From a bacterium (GTDB taxonomy: Bacteria; Zhuqueibacterota; Zhuqueibacteria; Oceanimicrobiales; Oceanimicrobiaceae): a stretch of DNA of 32,955 nt. Shown one piece after another: positions 18,874 to 28,654 of this stretch. The notes below the pieces were generated by a model. The model was given only the letters and a program-made list of their open reading frames with translations, had not been told where the DNA came from and made no database searches. The stretch's first letter is position 1; each line of letters opens with the position of its first letter. A program made the translations under genes and the position numbers. Location: NCBI GenBank assembly GCA_046757165.1, contig JBHHXT010000038.1, positions 1-32,955 of the forward strand, written 5' to 3'.

Positions 18874-21333
18874 TTACTCACATCGCAATGCCTCGACTGG
18901 ATTGGCCATGGCTGTCCGGATGGCCTGGTAGCTAACCGTGGCGACTGCGATCAACAACGCCAGCAGGCTGGCCAAGACAAAGGTGGCGGCTTGCCCATGG
19001 ATATCGATTCGGTATGCAAAGCGCAGCAGCCACTCTTGCATCGCATAAAAGGAAACAAACCACGCCACCACCGTTGCCAGTCCGACGAGCAGCACAAACT
19101 CCCTGGTCAAGAGCAATGCGACGTTCGGCACCGTAGCGCCGAGCACCTTGCGAATCCCGATTTCCTTGTGGCGCTGTTCTGCCATGAATGATGCCAGCCC
19201 AAAAAGTCCGAGACAGGCGACACTCACTGCCAGAACCGAGAAGAGGATGAAAATCTGTCCCAGCTTGTGCTCGTTTTGGTACAAATCCGCGTAACGCTCA
19301 TCGACAAAGGAGGCGTTAAAAGGCTGGTTGGGCAGGTATTGCTGCCACCTGGTCTGAAGGAAACTCAGCACGTTCTGGATATCGTCTGGTTCCTGAGGTC
19401 GGATCTTGATGGAGATCTGGTTGAAACGACGGGGCCAAAGCACCATGACAATGGGCGTGATCGGTTGGTGCAAGGATTCGTAATGAAAATCTTTCACCAC
19501 GCCGATGATCTTGCCGCGCCGCCCGCCGTATTCAAACGGCTGCCCGACCGCTTCGTGCGCCGAGCTCCAGCCGATTTTCTGCACGGCCGTTTCGTTCAGG
19601 ATAAACGCTTCCGTGGAATCCGTTGCAAATCTGACGGAAAAGTCCCGGCCGGCCGCCAGCTCGATACCATATGTCTCCAGGAAATTATGGTCGATGCGCA
19701 CGTTGGCGAGACGGAAGTTCAGCGGCTCTGTGCGATCGCCGGCGACAAGCCTCGCGCCGGAGGAATCCAGCAGCCGGCCGGAGGGCACCCGTTTCGAACC
19801 GGCGACGCTGACGATAAGCGGATGCTGCAGCAACTGGCTCTTGATCGAGGCAAACATGCCGCGCATCTGCTGGCTGATGGGCAGCACGATGATATGTTCT
19901 TTGTTCAACCCGAGGTTCTTCTTGTTACAGTATTCCAGTTGGTTGTAAACCACGCCCATGCTGATAATCAAGATGATGGAGATGGCAAATTGGAAAATCA
20001 CGAGCGTTTTACGTAAAACGGATTTGGACGAACCGCCCGAAACTGCCGTCTTTAGAACATGGACCGGCTGGAACCTGGAGAGGTAAAACGCCGGGTAGCT
20101 CCCTGCTGTCAGCCCGACAAACAGCGCAATAGAGAGTAGTGCCAGCAAAACCCTGAAGTTGTTCTCAACATCGAGCACAAACTGCAGCCCCACAAACTCA
20201 CTGAACCTGGGCAGGGCGGCCTCGACGAGGAGTACAGCCACCACTAACGAAACCAACGCCATGAAAACAGACTCACCTAAGAACTGCACAATCAGTCGCT
20301 TGCGGTCCGCGCCCACGACTTTGCGTAGCCCCACTTCTTTCATCCGGTTAGCGGAACGTGCCGTCGCGAGATTCATGAAATTGATACAGGCGATGAGCAA
20401 AACAAAAAACGCTGTTAAGGAAAAAATATAGACGTAGATGATGTTGCCATTTGCCTCGATTTCGGAATCGAGCTGGGAGTGAAGATGAATGGTGCGCAGT
20501 GGCCAGAGATGGAGCTTGTTGCGCTCGCTAGGCGGTCTCGTCGGCGGCTGTCCAGTCCGCTGGATATTCCGGGCCGTCAAGTGTTTGTCAAGAAAAGCTG
20601 GAAAGTGCGCTTCCACTTCCTCTGGCGGCAGGTCTTGCGGGAGCAGAAGATACGTTGCGTAATTGTTGCTGCCCCAGCTCTGGAACTCATCATCACCAAA
20701 TGCCAATTCCAGCGCCTTCATCGAGCCGACAAAATCGAGGTGAAAATGAGAATTGCCCGGCATATCTTGCATGACGCCGGTCACCTTGAAATCGGTCTTG
20801 AGCAGGCCCGGAATCTCAAAAGTCAGCACCTTGTTGAGCGGGTCTGCCTCGCCGAAGTATTTGTCAGCGATGGACACGGTGATGACAACATTGTTGGGGT
20901 CGCGGAGCGCAGTCTCTGCGTCACCTCGGGCAAAAGGCAGGGTGAAAACCTGAAAGATCTCCGGGTCCGCAAAAAAGAAGCGCTCTTCCTGGAAATATTT
21001 GTCGCCATAATTGATGAGAGGATTGCCCCAGCCTGTCAACCTCACCGCTTGCTCGATATCCGGGTATTCGCTTTTGAGCAGCGGCGCGATGGGCGGCGCA
21101 ACATGGCCGAGATGCAAGCTCGATGATCCGTCCGAGTTGAACCACTCCCGGCTGAGACGGTAGATGCCGGTGGACCGTTCATGGTAATTATCGAAACTAA
21201 GCTCGTACTGCACGTAGAGCAAGATCAACATGCAGCAGGCCATGCCAATAGCCAATCCCGCAATATTGATAAACGAATAGCCTTTGTGCGTGAGCAAATT
21301 TCTCACGGCAATTTTCAGGTAGCTTTTGAACAT
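18874..21333 (-). CDS. ABC transporter permease, duplicated MacB-periplasmic/FtsX type
   Basis: MFKSYLKIAVRNL..YSFINIAGLAIG; LIACINFMNLATARS..KEVGLRKVVGA; KEIGIRKVLGA; NPVEALRCE; RBS GGAGG. Confidence 0.95.
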   Translation of the reverse strand: MFKSYLKIAVRNLLTHKGYSFINIAGLAIGMACCMLILLYVQYELSFDNYHERSTGIYRLSREWFNSDGSSSLHLGHVAPPIAPLLKSEYPDIEQAVRLTGWGNPLINYGDKYFQEERFFFADPEIFQVFTLPFARGDAETALRDPNNVVITVSIADKYFGEADPLNKVLTFEIPGLLKTDFKVTGVMQDMPGNSHFHLDFVGSMKALELAFGDDEFQSWGSNNYATYLLLPQDLPPEEVEAHFPAFLDKHLTARNIQRTGQPPTRPPSERNKLHLWPLRTIHLHSQLDSEIEANGNIIYVYIFSLTAFFVLLIACINFMNLATARSANRMKEVGLRKVVGADRKRLIVQFLGESVFMALVSLVVAVLLVEAALPRFSEFVGLQFVLDVENNFRVLLALLSIALFVGLTAGSYPAFYLSRFQPVHVLKTAVSGGSSKSVLRKTLVIFQFAISIILIISMGVVYNQLEYCNKKNLGLNKEHIIVLPISQQMRGMFASIKSQLLQHPLIVSVAGSKRVPSGRLLDSSGARLVAGDRTEPLNFRLANVRIDHNFLETYGIELAAGRDFSVRFATDSTEAFILNETAVQKIGWSSAHEAVGQPFEYGGRRGKIIGVVKDFHYESLHQPITPIVMVLWPRRFNQISIKIRPQEPDDIQNVLSFLQTRWQQYLPNQPFNASFVDERYADLYQNEHKLGQIFILFSVLAVSVACLGLFGLASFMAEQRHKEIGIRKVLGATVPNVALLLTREFVLLVGLATVVAWFVSFYAMQEWLLRFAYRIDIHGQAATFVLASLLALLIAVATVSYQAIRTAMANPVEALRCE

Positions 21334-21443
21334 AGTCCCTCCGTGCGAGAAGTAAAACAGCACATTGGCTGACCGCAGTGAATCTCTACAAGGAAATCTC
21401 TAACTTTAGACTTTAGACATGAAAACTCGAAAAAGGTTAGCAA

Positions 21444-22130
21444 TCATTGCAAGGGCTGAATGCCTTTGTGGTGAACAATCCGGCCATCCAGAAGATGAAT
21501 CGTCCGGCTGCCATAGGACGCATTTCTTTCCGAGTGGGTGACCTGAACAATCGTCGTACCCTCTTTGTTCAACTTTTTGAACATCTCCATGATCTCCTGC
21601 CCCTGCGCCGAGTTTAGATTTCCGGTCGGCTCATCTGCCAGAATGACTTTTGGTTCGATGATGACCGCGCGTGCAATGCCGACGAGCTGCTGCTGGCCGC
21701 CGGAGAGCTGGTTGGGAAACAGGTCCTTTTTGCCAACGATACTGAACCGGTCCAGGATATCTGCGACCATTCCTTTGCGTTCAGATCCCTTGATTTTCTT
21801 GTAAAGCAGCGGCGTTTCAAGGTTCTCGTACACCGTCAGCTCGTCGATCAGGTGGTAGCTCTGGAAGACAAAGCCGATGTTTTGCGAGTGGAGCTCGGTC
21901 CGTTTTCTATCATTGAGTTTATTGACGTCGATATCATTGAAGGTGTACTCGCCACTGGAGGGCGAGTCCAGCATGCCCAGGATGTGCAACAAAGTCGACT
22001 TGCCCGAGCCAGAGGGTCCCATGATGGTGAGGAACTCACCGGCTTCGATCTGCAAATTGATATCCCGCAGAACAAATGTATTGCCGGCACCGGTTTTATA
22101 GTACTTCACGATGTTTCTCAAAGTGATCAT
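21444..22130 (-). CDS. ABC transporter ATP-binding protein (LolD/MacB-type)
   Basis: Walker [33 protein letters not shown] 22130 with RBS AGGAG. Confidence 0.95.
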   Translation of the reverse strand: MITLRNIVKYYKTGAGNTFVLRDINLQIEAGEFLTIMGPSGSGKSTLLHILGMLDSPSSGEYTFNDIDVNKLNDRKRTELHSQNIGFVFQSYHLIDELTVYENLETPLLYKKIKGSERKGMVADILDRFSIVGKKDLFPNQLSGGQQQLVGIARAVIIEPKVILADEPTGNLNSAQGQEIMEMFKKLNKEGTTIVQVTHSERNASYGSRTIHLLDGRIVHHKGIQPLQ

Positions 22131-22228
22131 CAATTCGCTCCTGTTTATTGTGGGTTGCAGGGCCCCTGGGGCTTGCGCCCCAAACCGTAACACGACATTC
22201 ATGTGGTGACTCTTTGCGGCTAGATTAT

Positions 22229-22293
22229 CGCGACATAAATGTCGCGTTACAGACCCCATGATGCCCGTGGCAATTGACTCAAGAAATATGCCA
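22229..22293 (-). promoter_or_regulatory. possible sigma54-type promoter and downstream palindrome for the ABC operon
   Basis: Minus strand TGGCATatttcTTGA (22293-22279); perfect palindrome cgcgacat-aa-atgtcgcg (22229-22246). Confidence 0.35.
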
Positions 22294-22524
22294 AACCTGA
22301 TTTTGAAGAACTTAGCGCCGATAGGGACGTCGCACCGTCGAGAAGGTATCCGCTGATAGTACATGACGTGTACGCTGGCGAACACGAAAAGATTCCTGCC
22401 ACAGAAAGGCAAAGATGTAACTTTTTTCTTGCTTGTGATGACCGAAATCCACATATTTTGTCATCTACCTTAGATCGTGCTCCATCTTTTATTTCCGACA
22501 GTTTCACCAAACGTGAGACGCCTG

Positions 22525-23313
22525 ATGCGACCAGGACTGAACATTCTCCTGTGCCTGCTCGTGCTTCCGGGGCTGACTTCGGCGCAGAATCACTCATACG
22601 CGCCAAAGGAAATCGCCAAAGAAATCTTCAGATTGACGAACCTGGAACGCACGGCCAGGGGATTGCGGCCACTCGAGTATCATGCCCAGCTCGAAGCTCT
22701 GGCCGAGCTGCAAAGCCGCAACATGCTCGAGTATTCGTTTTTCTCCCACACAGACCACAAAGGCAGAAGCGTCCACGAAAGAAAGGATGAGTATTTTCCG
22801 AAGCTCTTTGGCGGCATGGGAGAGAATATCGCCTACATACAGGGCATCCCCGCGTCCAAACTGGCTCGCAAGTTCGTAAAGATCTGGATGAACTCTGCCG
22901 GCCACCGGAAAAACATCCTCCATCGTGATTTCAGCCATTTTGGCGTCGGTGTCGCCCGCAAGGCCGGCGAGTATTCTGCAACACAAGTGTTCGGGGCCCT
23001 CGTGGCCGAGATGGTCAGTGACGTCGATGATTCCTACCGGTTTGGGAGCGAGCATGGTTTCAAATTCAGATTCCTCGGAAAATTCCCGCGGCAAAAGATC
23101 ACCATCTTTGTACACTTCCCGGACAAGACCGCGCGGTTCTTCACCAAAAAAAATCTTTATTACACCGGCGTTGGCCACTACAAGCCGATCTGGCTGGACC
23201 ACAACACCTTCAGGATCAAAGTCAAATTCGACAAAGGCCGCGGACGATACAACCTCACTATGGGGAGTTATGGTTCGTACGTTCCTGGCGGTTTGGACCT
23301 GGTCGTGAAATAG
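22525..23313 (+). CDS. secreted CAP (SCP/Tpx-1/Ag5) domain protein with C-terminal beta domain
   Basis: Signal peptide; TNLERTARGL, FFSHTD, GENIA, WMNSAGHRKNIL, GVGVA. Confidence 0.88.
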   Translation: MRPGLNILLCLLVLPGLTSAQNHSYAPKEIAKEIFRLTNLERTARGLRPLEYHAQLEALAELQSRNMLEYSFFSHTDHKGRSVHERKDEYFPKLFGGMGENIAYIQGIPASKLARKFVKIWMNSAGHRKNILHRDFSHFGVGVARKAGEYSATQVFGALVAEMVSDVDDSYRFGSEHGFKFRFLGKFPRQKITIFVHFPDKTARFFTKKNLYYTGVGHYKPIWLDHNTFRIKVKFDKGRGRYNLTMGSYGSYVPGGLDLVVK

Positions 23314-23472
23314 ATCTCCTCCCTCCTTCGAGCACCTGCCAGAAAAAGTTCTGTCCCACGGGACATGGCGTTTTACCACTCTATGTTGAGTCCCCGTGAG
23401 AGTTCTGCCGTTTTGCACACCCCCTATCTATGGTATCAGACAGAGGACTTACGATAAAAGGGAGAAAGAGCG

Positions 23473-24621
23473 ATGCGCAAGCAAAAGGGGTCTCCGTCAC
23501 CATACGTGATTCGACTCATCTTATCGGGCTTGTTCGCCCTCGTTAGCCTCACGCCGGGTTTCGCTCATGAAACGGCAAAATCAAAGACCGAGCACCGCAA
23601 CAAACTTCAATCCATCACCAGGGGATTTGCCATTGGCAAGGATACGCGTATTTTGCCTTACGCCATCCTTGGTCCGGTGGCGGGGGATCAGCGGGTTGGA
23701 CTCAAGCTCAAGCACCGGTTATTCTGGAGCGCAACAGATCGGGTCAGCCACCACTTCAGATTCGAAAATCTACATGACTACTACTGGCGGCTGCGATATG
23801 ACGCCAATTCGCTTTCGACTGCCACCACCAGAATCAGCTTTACGTTCAAACGGAAGCTGGACCTGGACAGTCACTTTTATGGCCTCGGCAGCGCCATAGA
23901 CAAGTCGAATCGAGCGCCGATGACCTATGCCTCGGTGGTCGTGTATGGGGAAATCTCGCGTCTCCTTTCCGAGGGTCTCAGGCTCGGCTGGTCGCCTGGT
24001 TTCTGGCAGTTCAGGAGCGGCATTCTCGACACTGAGAGAAACCACGGGACCGACAACGTCACCACCGCACGCTACGTGACCTCCCGTTTTTCTCTGCGCG
24101 ACGGGTCACGCGAGCAGGAGAACGAGACAGGAAGGGCCACTCGCTGGGCGACCTACCTGGAGTTTGGCCTGCCTTTGAATTCCTCGGTTGCGGCGTATGC
24201 CCGGGTCAATTTTCGAACATTGACCAGCGTGCCGGTTTTCAACAAAACCAGGTTTTCGGTGGGAACACGCGTTGAGTATTTGGCTTCCCCCGCGCGCAGG
24301 CTGGTGCCTTATTTCGCCCTGCCTGAGATCGGCTCCAGGAGTGGTCTGCGCGGTTTCTCGAAGGCGAGATTTCGCAACTATGCCGTGCTTGCGCTCGATC
24401 TGGAATATGCGGTTCCGCTGTCTTCTGCCATCGAAGGATTCTTGTTAACGGATCTGGCTCAGACCGCAAAAAGCCCGGCTGGTCTGCTACGGAAACCGAT
24501 GCATCAGAGTTACGGACTTGGGTTGCGTGTGCGGAACGCCAGTCGTCCGGCTTCCTTTGGTGTTGCCGTCGGGCGGGAAGGATGGAAGGTGTTTGCAGTG
24601 GTTGGAGTTGGGTTGGGTTAG
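23473..24621 (+). CDS. outer-membrane beta-barrel protein, Omp85/BamA-TamA-like
   Basis: Signal peptide (GFA-H); FYGLG motif; 'PYFALPEIGSRSGLRGFSKARFR' resembles the Omp85 (V/L)RG(F/Y) loop; SYGLGLRV. Confidence 0.65.
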   Translation: MRKQKGSPSPYVIRLILSGLFALVSLTPGFAHETAKSKTEHRNKLQSITRGFAIGKDTRILPYAILGPVAGDQRVGLKLKHRLFWSATDRVSHHFRFENLHDYYWRLRYDANSLSTATTRISFTFKRKLDLDSHFYGLGSAIDKSNRAPMTYASVVVYGEISRLLSEGLRLGWSPGFWQFRSGILDTERNHGTDNVTTARYVTSRFSLRDGSREQENETGRATRWATYLEFGLPLNSSVAAYARVNFRTLTSVPVFNKTRFSVGTRVEYLASPARRLVPYFALPEIGSRSGLRGFSKARFRNYAVLALDLEYAVPLSSAIEGFLLTDLAQTAKSPAGLLRKPMHQSYGLGLRVRNASRPASFGVAVGREGWKVFAVVGVGLG

Positions 24622-24653
24622 ATGGCCAGCCGAGTTCTCCCCGAGCGTCGCGA

Positions 24654-26831
24654 TCAAACCATCGCGCTCTCGAACCCGGAGTCTTTCACGAACAAACACG
24701 ATGATTTCGTTTGCTCCGAGGCGCTGCGAACGAAGGCAAAGGGGACGGTATCGCGCAGGCCAAAAATGTTGATATCTGCGCGCGGCGCCCTTTTGAGATT
24801 CTCCTCGAACTTGCCAATCAGAACATGGAAGTCAGTCATGGACGGAAGGCGCGCCTGGTCGCTCAACCGGGTCAGGAAGCTGTAGAGCCGCTTTTCATCC
24901 GCTGGCTCCTCGGTCGAGGTGATGAGGTTGATGCTGCCGTCCCAATTGATTTGCAACTGCAGGGCGATCAGCAGGGCAAGCTGCCAGTTGGGACTCTTGT
25001 CGCGCAGCCAGAGATTGACCGTCTTCTGCATGCCAAATGCGACGCGCGGATGCTGGCGCAGGATAATCGTGCCCATCTGGTTGGTGACTGCGTGCTGCAT
25101 GAGCTGGCTGATAGTTTCGTCCTTCTTCCTGTTGCTCCCCAGGGTCAGAAACAAGATGTTTGGCCGGAAGGCGCCACCTTTCAAGGTCTGAATGACCAGC
25201 TTTGCGCCGTGCAGGAATTCGCTGTCCTCGATGACCGTGGCGTTCACCAGGATCTCTTCCTCCTTGATAGGCAGCAGCAGATCTTGCAAGTCCTTTTCGG
25301 TCTCCTCCACCTTCTCGTTCTTGACGGAAAAGGCAAACAGGCTGCCGGAGGGGTAGGTGATGTTGCGAATAAAGAGCAGCGGCCCGGACCAGATTTTCGG
25401 TTCGTCGATGGGCAGCAGCAGGTCGGGTTTCCAGGAAACACGGTGGCGCGGAAATTTCATCGCCATGCGGGAGGCGCGCTCGGCCAATACCATGAACAGG
25501 CCGCCGCGAATGTCCCCCCACTTGCTCTGCTGTAGGCCGCGACGTTCGAGCCAGAAGTAGAGCGCGACGACAGTGGTCAACGCGACCAGGCTGAAGGCGG
25601 CGTTGATGAGAAACATGATGAAAATACACCCGACTGCACCCAGGAGTGGAGTGAAGCGCGGAATTCGGAAGGTGGGCCGGAAGCTGATGATGCGCATGCT
25701 CTGCTGAATGAAGACCACCAGGTTGAGTATCCCGTAGGTGATCAAAAAGAACATCGTGATCAACGATGCCAGATAGTTGAGGTTGCCAAGCAGAAGCGCC
25801 AGAACGATGATGGCCCCCGTGAAGATGATGGCATTGCGTGGTTCGTTGCTTGCTGTTTTTTGTGCAAAGAGGTGGGCGAAGGGGACGGTTTTCTGTTCGG
25901 CCAGCGCTTGCAGGATTCGTGGCGCGCCCAGCATCGCGCCCAGTGCAGAAGAAAGGGTGGCGCCGAGGATGCCGGCCACCACCGCCGAACCCCATCGCGC
26001 TTTGTCGACCATCACCATCTGGTTGCTGCGCAGCTCCTCGGACGTGGCCACATTCGCCAGCACATAGGCGATAGCGATGTAGATGAGCATGGTCAGGAAA
26101 ATGGAAAAAAGCGTGCCGAACGGAATCGACTTGCGCGGGTCCTTCAAATCGCCCGACAGGTTGGCGCCGGCCATGATGCCGGTCACCGCCGGGAAAAAGA
26201 CCGCAAACACCTGCCAGAAGCTGGCGTCCTGAAAGTTGCCGTTTATCGAGAATTCGGGCACGGCCTCCACAGGCGTCAAGAAAAACGATAGCAGCGAAAG
26301 TCCAATGATCGTCATGATCACATACTGAATTCGGATGGCAAACTGCGCACTGACATAGGAAACCACAAGCAGGCCGATCCAGGCCAGCATCGAGATGAGC
26401 AGCGGCGGAAAGCCCGGCAAGATAAGGCGCATGCCTTCGGTGAAACCGATGATGTAGAGCGCCGCGGAGAGCGTCTGAGAAATATAGAATGGGATGCCAA
26501 TGCTTCCGCCCGCCTCGAGGCCGAGGGAACGCGAGATGATCGAATAGGCGCCGCCCGCACCGATGCGGATGTTGGTGGTGATCGAGGCCATGGAAAAACC
26601 CGTGCAGATGGTAACCAGTTTGGCCAGCAGAATGATGATCACCGCGCCCCAGAAGCCGGCATTCCCCACGACCCAACCGAGACGCAAGAACATAATCACG
26701 CCGAGAATGGTCAGGACGTCCGGCGTAATGACACCGCTAAAGGTGCCGAATTTTTTGGCAGCGGCTTGCCGCCGGAAGAAGGGCCGCGCCTTCATCCGCA
26801 AGGCACGATAAATGACGGGCAGAGGTCTCAT
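24654..26831 (-). CDS. cation-chloride cotransporter (SLC12/CCC-like, APC superfamily permease)
   Basis: KKFGTFSGV..LTILGVIMFLRLGWVVG, GGAYSIISRSLG.E.GGSIG, FFPAVTGIMAGANLSGDLKDP, FRPTF, long soluble C-terminal domain. Start 26831 or 26795. Confidence 0.92.
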   Translation of the reverse strand: MRPLPVIYRALRMKARPFFRRQAAAKKFGTFSGVITPDVLTILGVIMFLRLGWVVGNAGFWGAVIIILLAKLVTICTGFSMASITTNIRIGAGGAYSIISRSLGLEAGGSIGIPFYISQTLSAALYIIGFTEGMRLILPGFPPLLISMLAWIGLLVVSYVSAQFAIRIQYVIMTIIGLSLLSFFLTPVEAVPEFSINGNFQDASFWQVFAVFFPAVTGIMAGANLSGDLKDPRKSIPFGTLFSIFLTMLIYIAIAYVLANVATSEELRSNQMVMVDKARWGSAVVAGILGATLSSALGAMLGAPRILQALAEQKTVPFAHLFAQKTASNEPRNAIIFTGAIIVLALLLGNLNYLASLITMFFLITYGILNLVVFIQQSMRIISFRPTFRIPRFTPLLGAVGCIFIMFLINAAFSLVALTTVVALYFWLERRGLQQSKWGDIRGGLFMVLAERASRMAMKFPRHRVSWKPDLLLPIDEPKIWSGPLLFIRNITYPSGSLFAFSVKNEKVEETEKDLQDLLLPIKEEEILVNATVIEDSEFLHGAKLVIQTLKGGAFRPNILFLTLGSNRKKDETISQLMQHAVTNQMGTIILRQHPRVAFGMQKTVNLWLRDKSPNWQLALLIALQLQINWDGSINLITSTEEPADEKRLYSFLTRLSDQARLPSMTDFHVLIGKFEENLKRAPRADINIFGLRDTVPFAFVRSASEQTKSSCLFVKDSGFESAMV

Positions 26832-26948
26832 GGTTTCACTTAACGGATGTAAGAAATGATGACGGGACGCTAAAAATACCAAATAAATGTCTCATTGTCA
26901 AGGTTTTAGCTTGACAAACTTGGCAGAATTACACATCTTTGAGCGACG

Positions 26949-28226
26949 ATGAAAAAGCCAAACTACGATTCTGTCGCCTGGTTTCCGATTCTCGCGGTCG
27001 GCCTGTCGATGGTCGCGTTCACGATGATCAAGACGGGCCGCGATGCCGTGTTTTTCCAGCAAGACGGGCTGCGGAAGCTCCCTCTCGCCTACATTTGGAT
27101 TGCCATCGCCGCGGTACCGGCCGCCATCATTCACCTGCGCGCGTTTGACCGCTGGGGCGCTCGCAAGACGCGCACGGCGCTGTTTTACCTCACGGCGGCT
27201 GTCTTTCTGCTCTTCGTCCCGGTGACCGCTCCCGAGCACCGCTTCTCGATGATCTTCCTGTTCATCATCGTTCCCACCCTGTTTGCTGCCGTGTTCGCCG
27301 GCGCCTGGCTGCTGGCAGGAGACCTGCTGGAGGGTGCCAGGCAAAAAGAGCTCGGCAAAGTCTACAGCCGCATCGGCGCTGCTTCGATGATGGGTGGTAT
27401 CCTGGGCGGGCTGCTTTCCAAGTGGCTGTCGCTTGCTTTAGAGCCGCGGTATTTGCTGGCCGGGGGCGCTTTTTTTCTGGTGCTGGTCGGTTTGCTGGTG
27501 ACGAAAGCGCATCGCGATTATCCGGCGGAAAACTACGCTGGATTCGAGGCAGAGATCGAGCGAAAGGCCGAAAGCTTCGGGGCAAAAAAGTCACAATTGC
27601 TCAAACAACGCTATGTGCAGATTCTGGTCGGCATCAGCACGATGGCGACGATAGCGGCCCTGTATATCGATTTCCAGTTTTACGCCACCGCCACCTTCAC
27701 CGGCAACAACAACGCACAATTCTTCGCAAATTTCTATATCATCCTGAACCTTGCTTCACTCGCGGTGCAACTGATTGTCGCGCCCAGGCTGCAATCGAAG
27801 CTGGGCGTGGCCGGAGCGTTGCTTTTGCTCCCGTACGCCCTGCTCGGTGGCGTCGGCATCTTCAGTGCCTGGACCATCGTGCAGGCGCGCACGATCATGA
27901 AAGTGACCGAAGGCGGGCTGAAATCCTCGATTCACCGTTCGATGTGGGAGCAAGTCTACTTGCCCATCGACCGGAAGCTCCGCGATGTGGCGAAAACCGT
28001 GGTGGATGGCATGGTCGCGCGCGTGGCTGAAGGCATCGGCTCCCTTTTCCTCTTCGTGTGGCTCGCTCTGGAAAGCCGGCCGCTCGAGGCCCTCGACTTC
28101 AACTGGATCTCGTGGGTCATCTTTGCCCTGATTGTTGGCTGGATTGCACTGACGCGCTATCTGGGCAGGCTCGGATGCTCGGACATCGAACCGGTGGAAG
28201 GGTTCATCCGCTTGCCGGACGGGTGA
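26949..28226 (+). CDS. TLC/Npt1-Npt2-type (ATP/ADP antiporter-like) MFS transporter; candidate selenoprotein extending to TAG at 28265
   Basis: About 12 hydrophobic segments; KTGRDAVFF; 'LKSSIHRSMWEQVYLPI...AKTVVDGMVAR' family-like motifs; ends at a TGA followed by a SECIS-like hairpin. Confidence 0.8.
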   Translation: MKKPNYDSVAWFPILAVGLSMVAFTMIKTGRDAVFFQQDGLRKLPLAYIWIAIAAVPAAIIHLRAFDRWGARKTRTALFYLTAAVFLLFVPVTAPEHRFSMIFLFIIVPTLFAAVFAGAWLLAGDLLEGARQKELGKVYSRIGAASMMGGILGGLLSKWLSLALEPRYLLAGGAFFLVLVGLLVTKAHRDYPAENYAGFEAEIERKAESFGAKKSQLLKQRYVQILVGISTMATIAALYIDFQFYATATFTGNNNAQFFANFYIILNLASLAVQLIVAPRLQSKLGVAGALLLLPYALLGGVGIFSAWTIVQARTIMKVTEGGLKSSIHRSMWEQVYLPIDRKLRDVAKTVVDGMVARVAEGIGSLFLFVWLALESRPLEALDFNWISWVIFALIVGWIALTRYLGRLGCSDIEPVEGFIRLPDG

Positions 28227-28265
28227 CAGACCGTCACCGCCCTCGGGAAGGGAAAACGGCGATAG
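28224..28265 (+). promoter_or_regulatory. candidate bacterial SECIS element after an in-frame UGA
   Basis: TGA-cagacc-GTCACCG-CCCT-cggga-AGGG-aaaa-CGGCGAT. The apical loop begins 17 nt after UGA with G in loop position 2. Confidence 0.55.
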
Positions 28266-28509
28266 GCCGGGTGAGACATTTTGGTCGGATCACCGGCGCT
28301 GCCGGCTTACGAAACGGCTGCGTCAATTTCCGCACGTGTCTGGTTCGCTGGTATCTTCTCCTATCCCTGGATTGTCTTTTAATGTCTTCTGTGAAAAAAG
28401 GGTGGCTTTGCTGAAAGAAGCAGCTTTAGACTTGATGGCAGAGATATGGGACTGCGCTTATAAGACATGGGCATTACCGTAGAACTGTGTGACAAAGCCG
28501 AGACGGTTT

Positions 28510-28654
28510 TGACGCTGAAAGCGTCATACAACGCAGCCCAGGGGTGCTGCATCCGCGGCACCCCTGGGTCATCCGGGCAATACCCACCTGAACCCCGAAC
28601 GGGGTTCCACAAAGGGGACCACGTGCGCTTCAGCATGTTTGACCCGGTTGGGGA
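28510..28654. repeat. REP/REPIN-like multi-hairpin element
   Basis: tgacgct-gaa-agcgtca; cccaggggtgctgc-atcc-gcggcacccctggg (14-bp stem); gaacccc-gaac-ggggttc; degenerate partner gacccggttgggga. Confidence 0.65.

Noticed and set aside
24895..26676. 593-aa same-strand alternative-frame ORF inside the CCC transporter
   Set aside because: Arg/His/Ala-rich composition typical of off-frame reading in GC-rich hydrophobic genes
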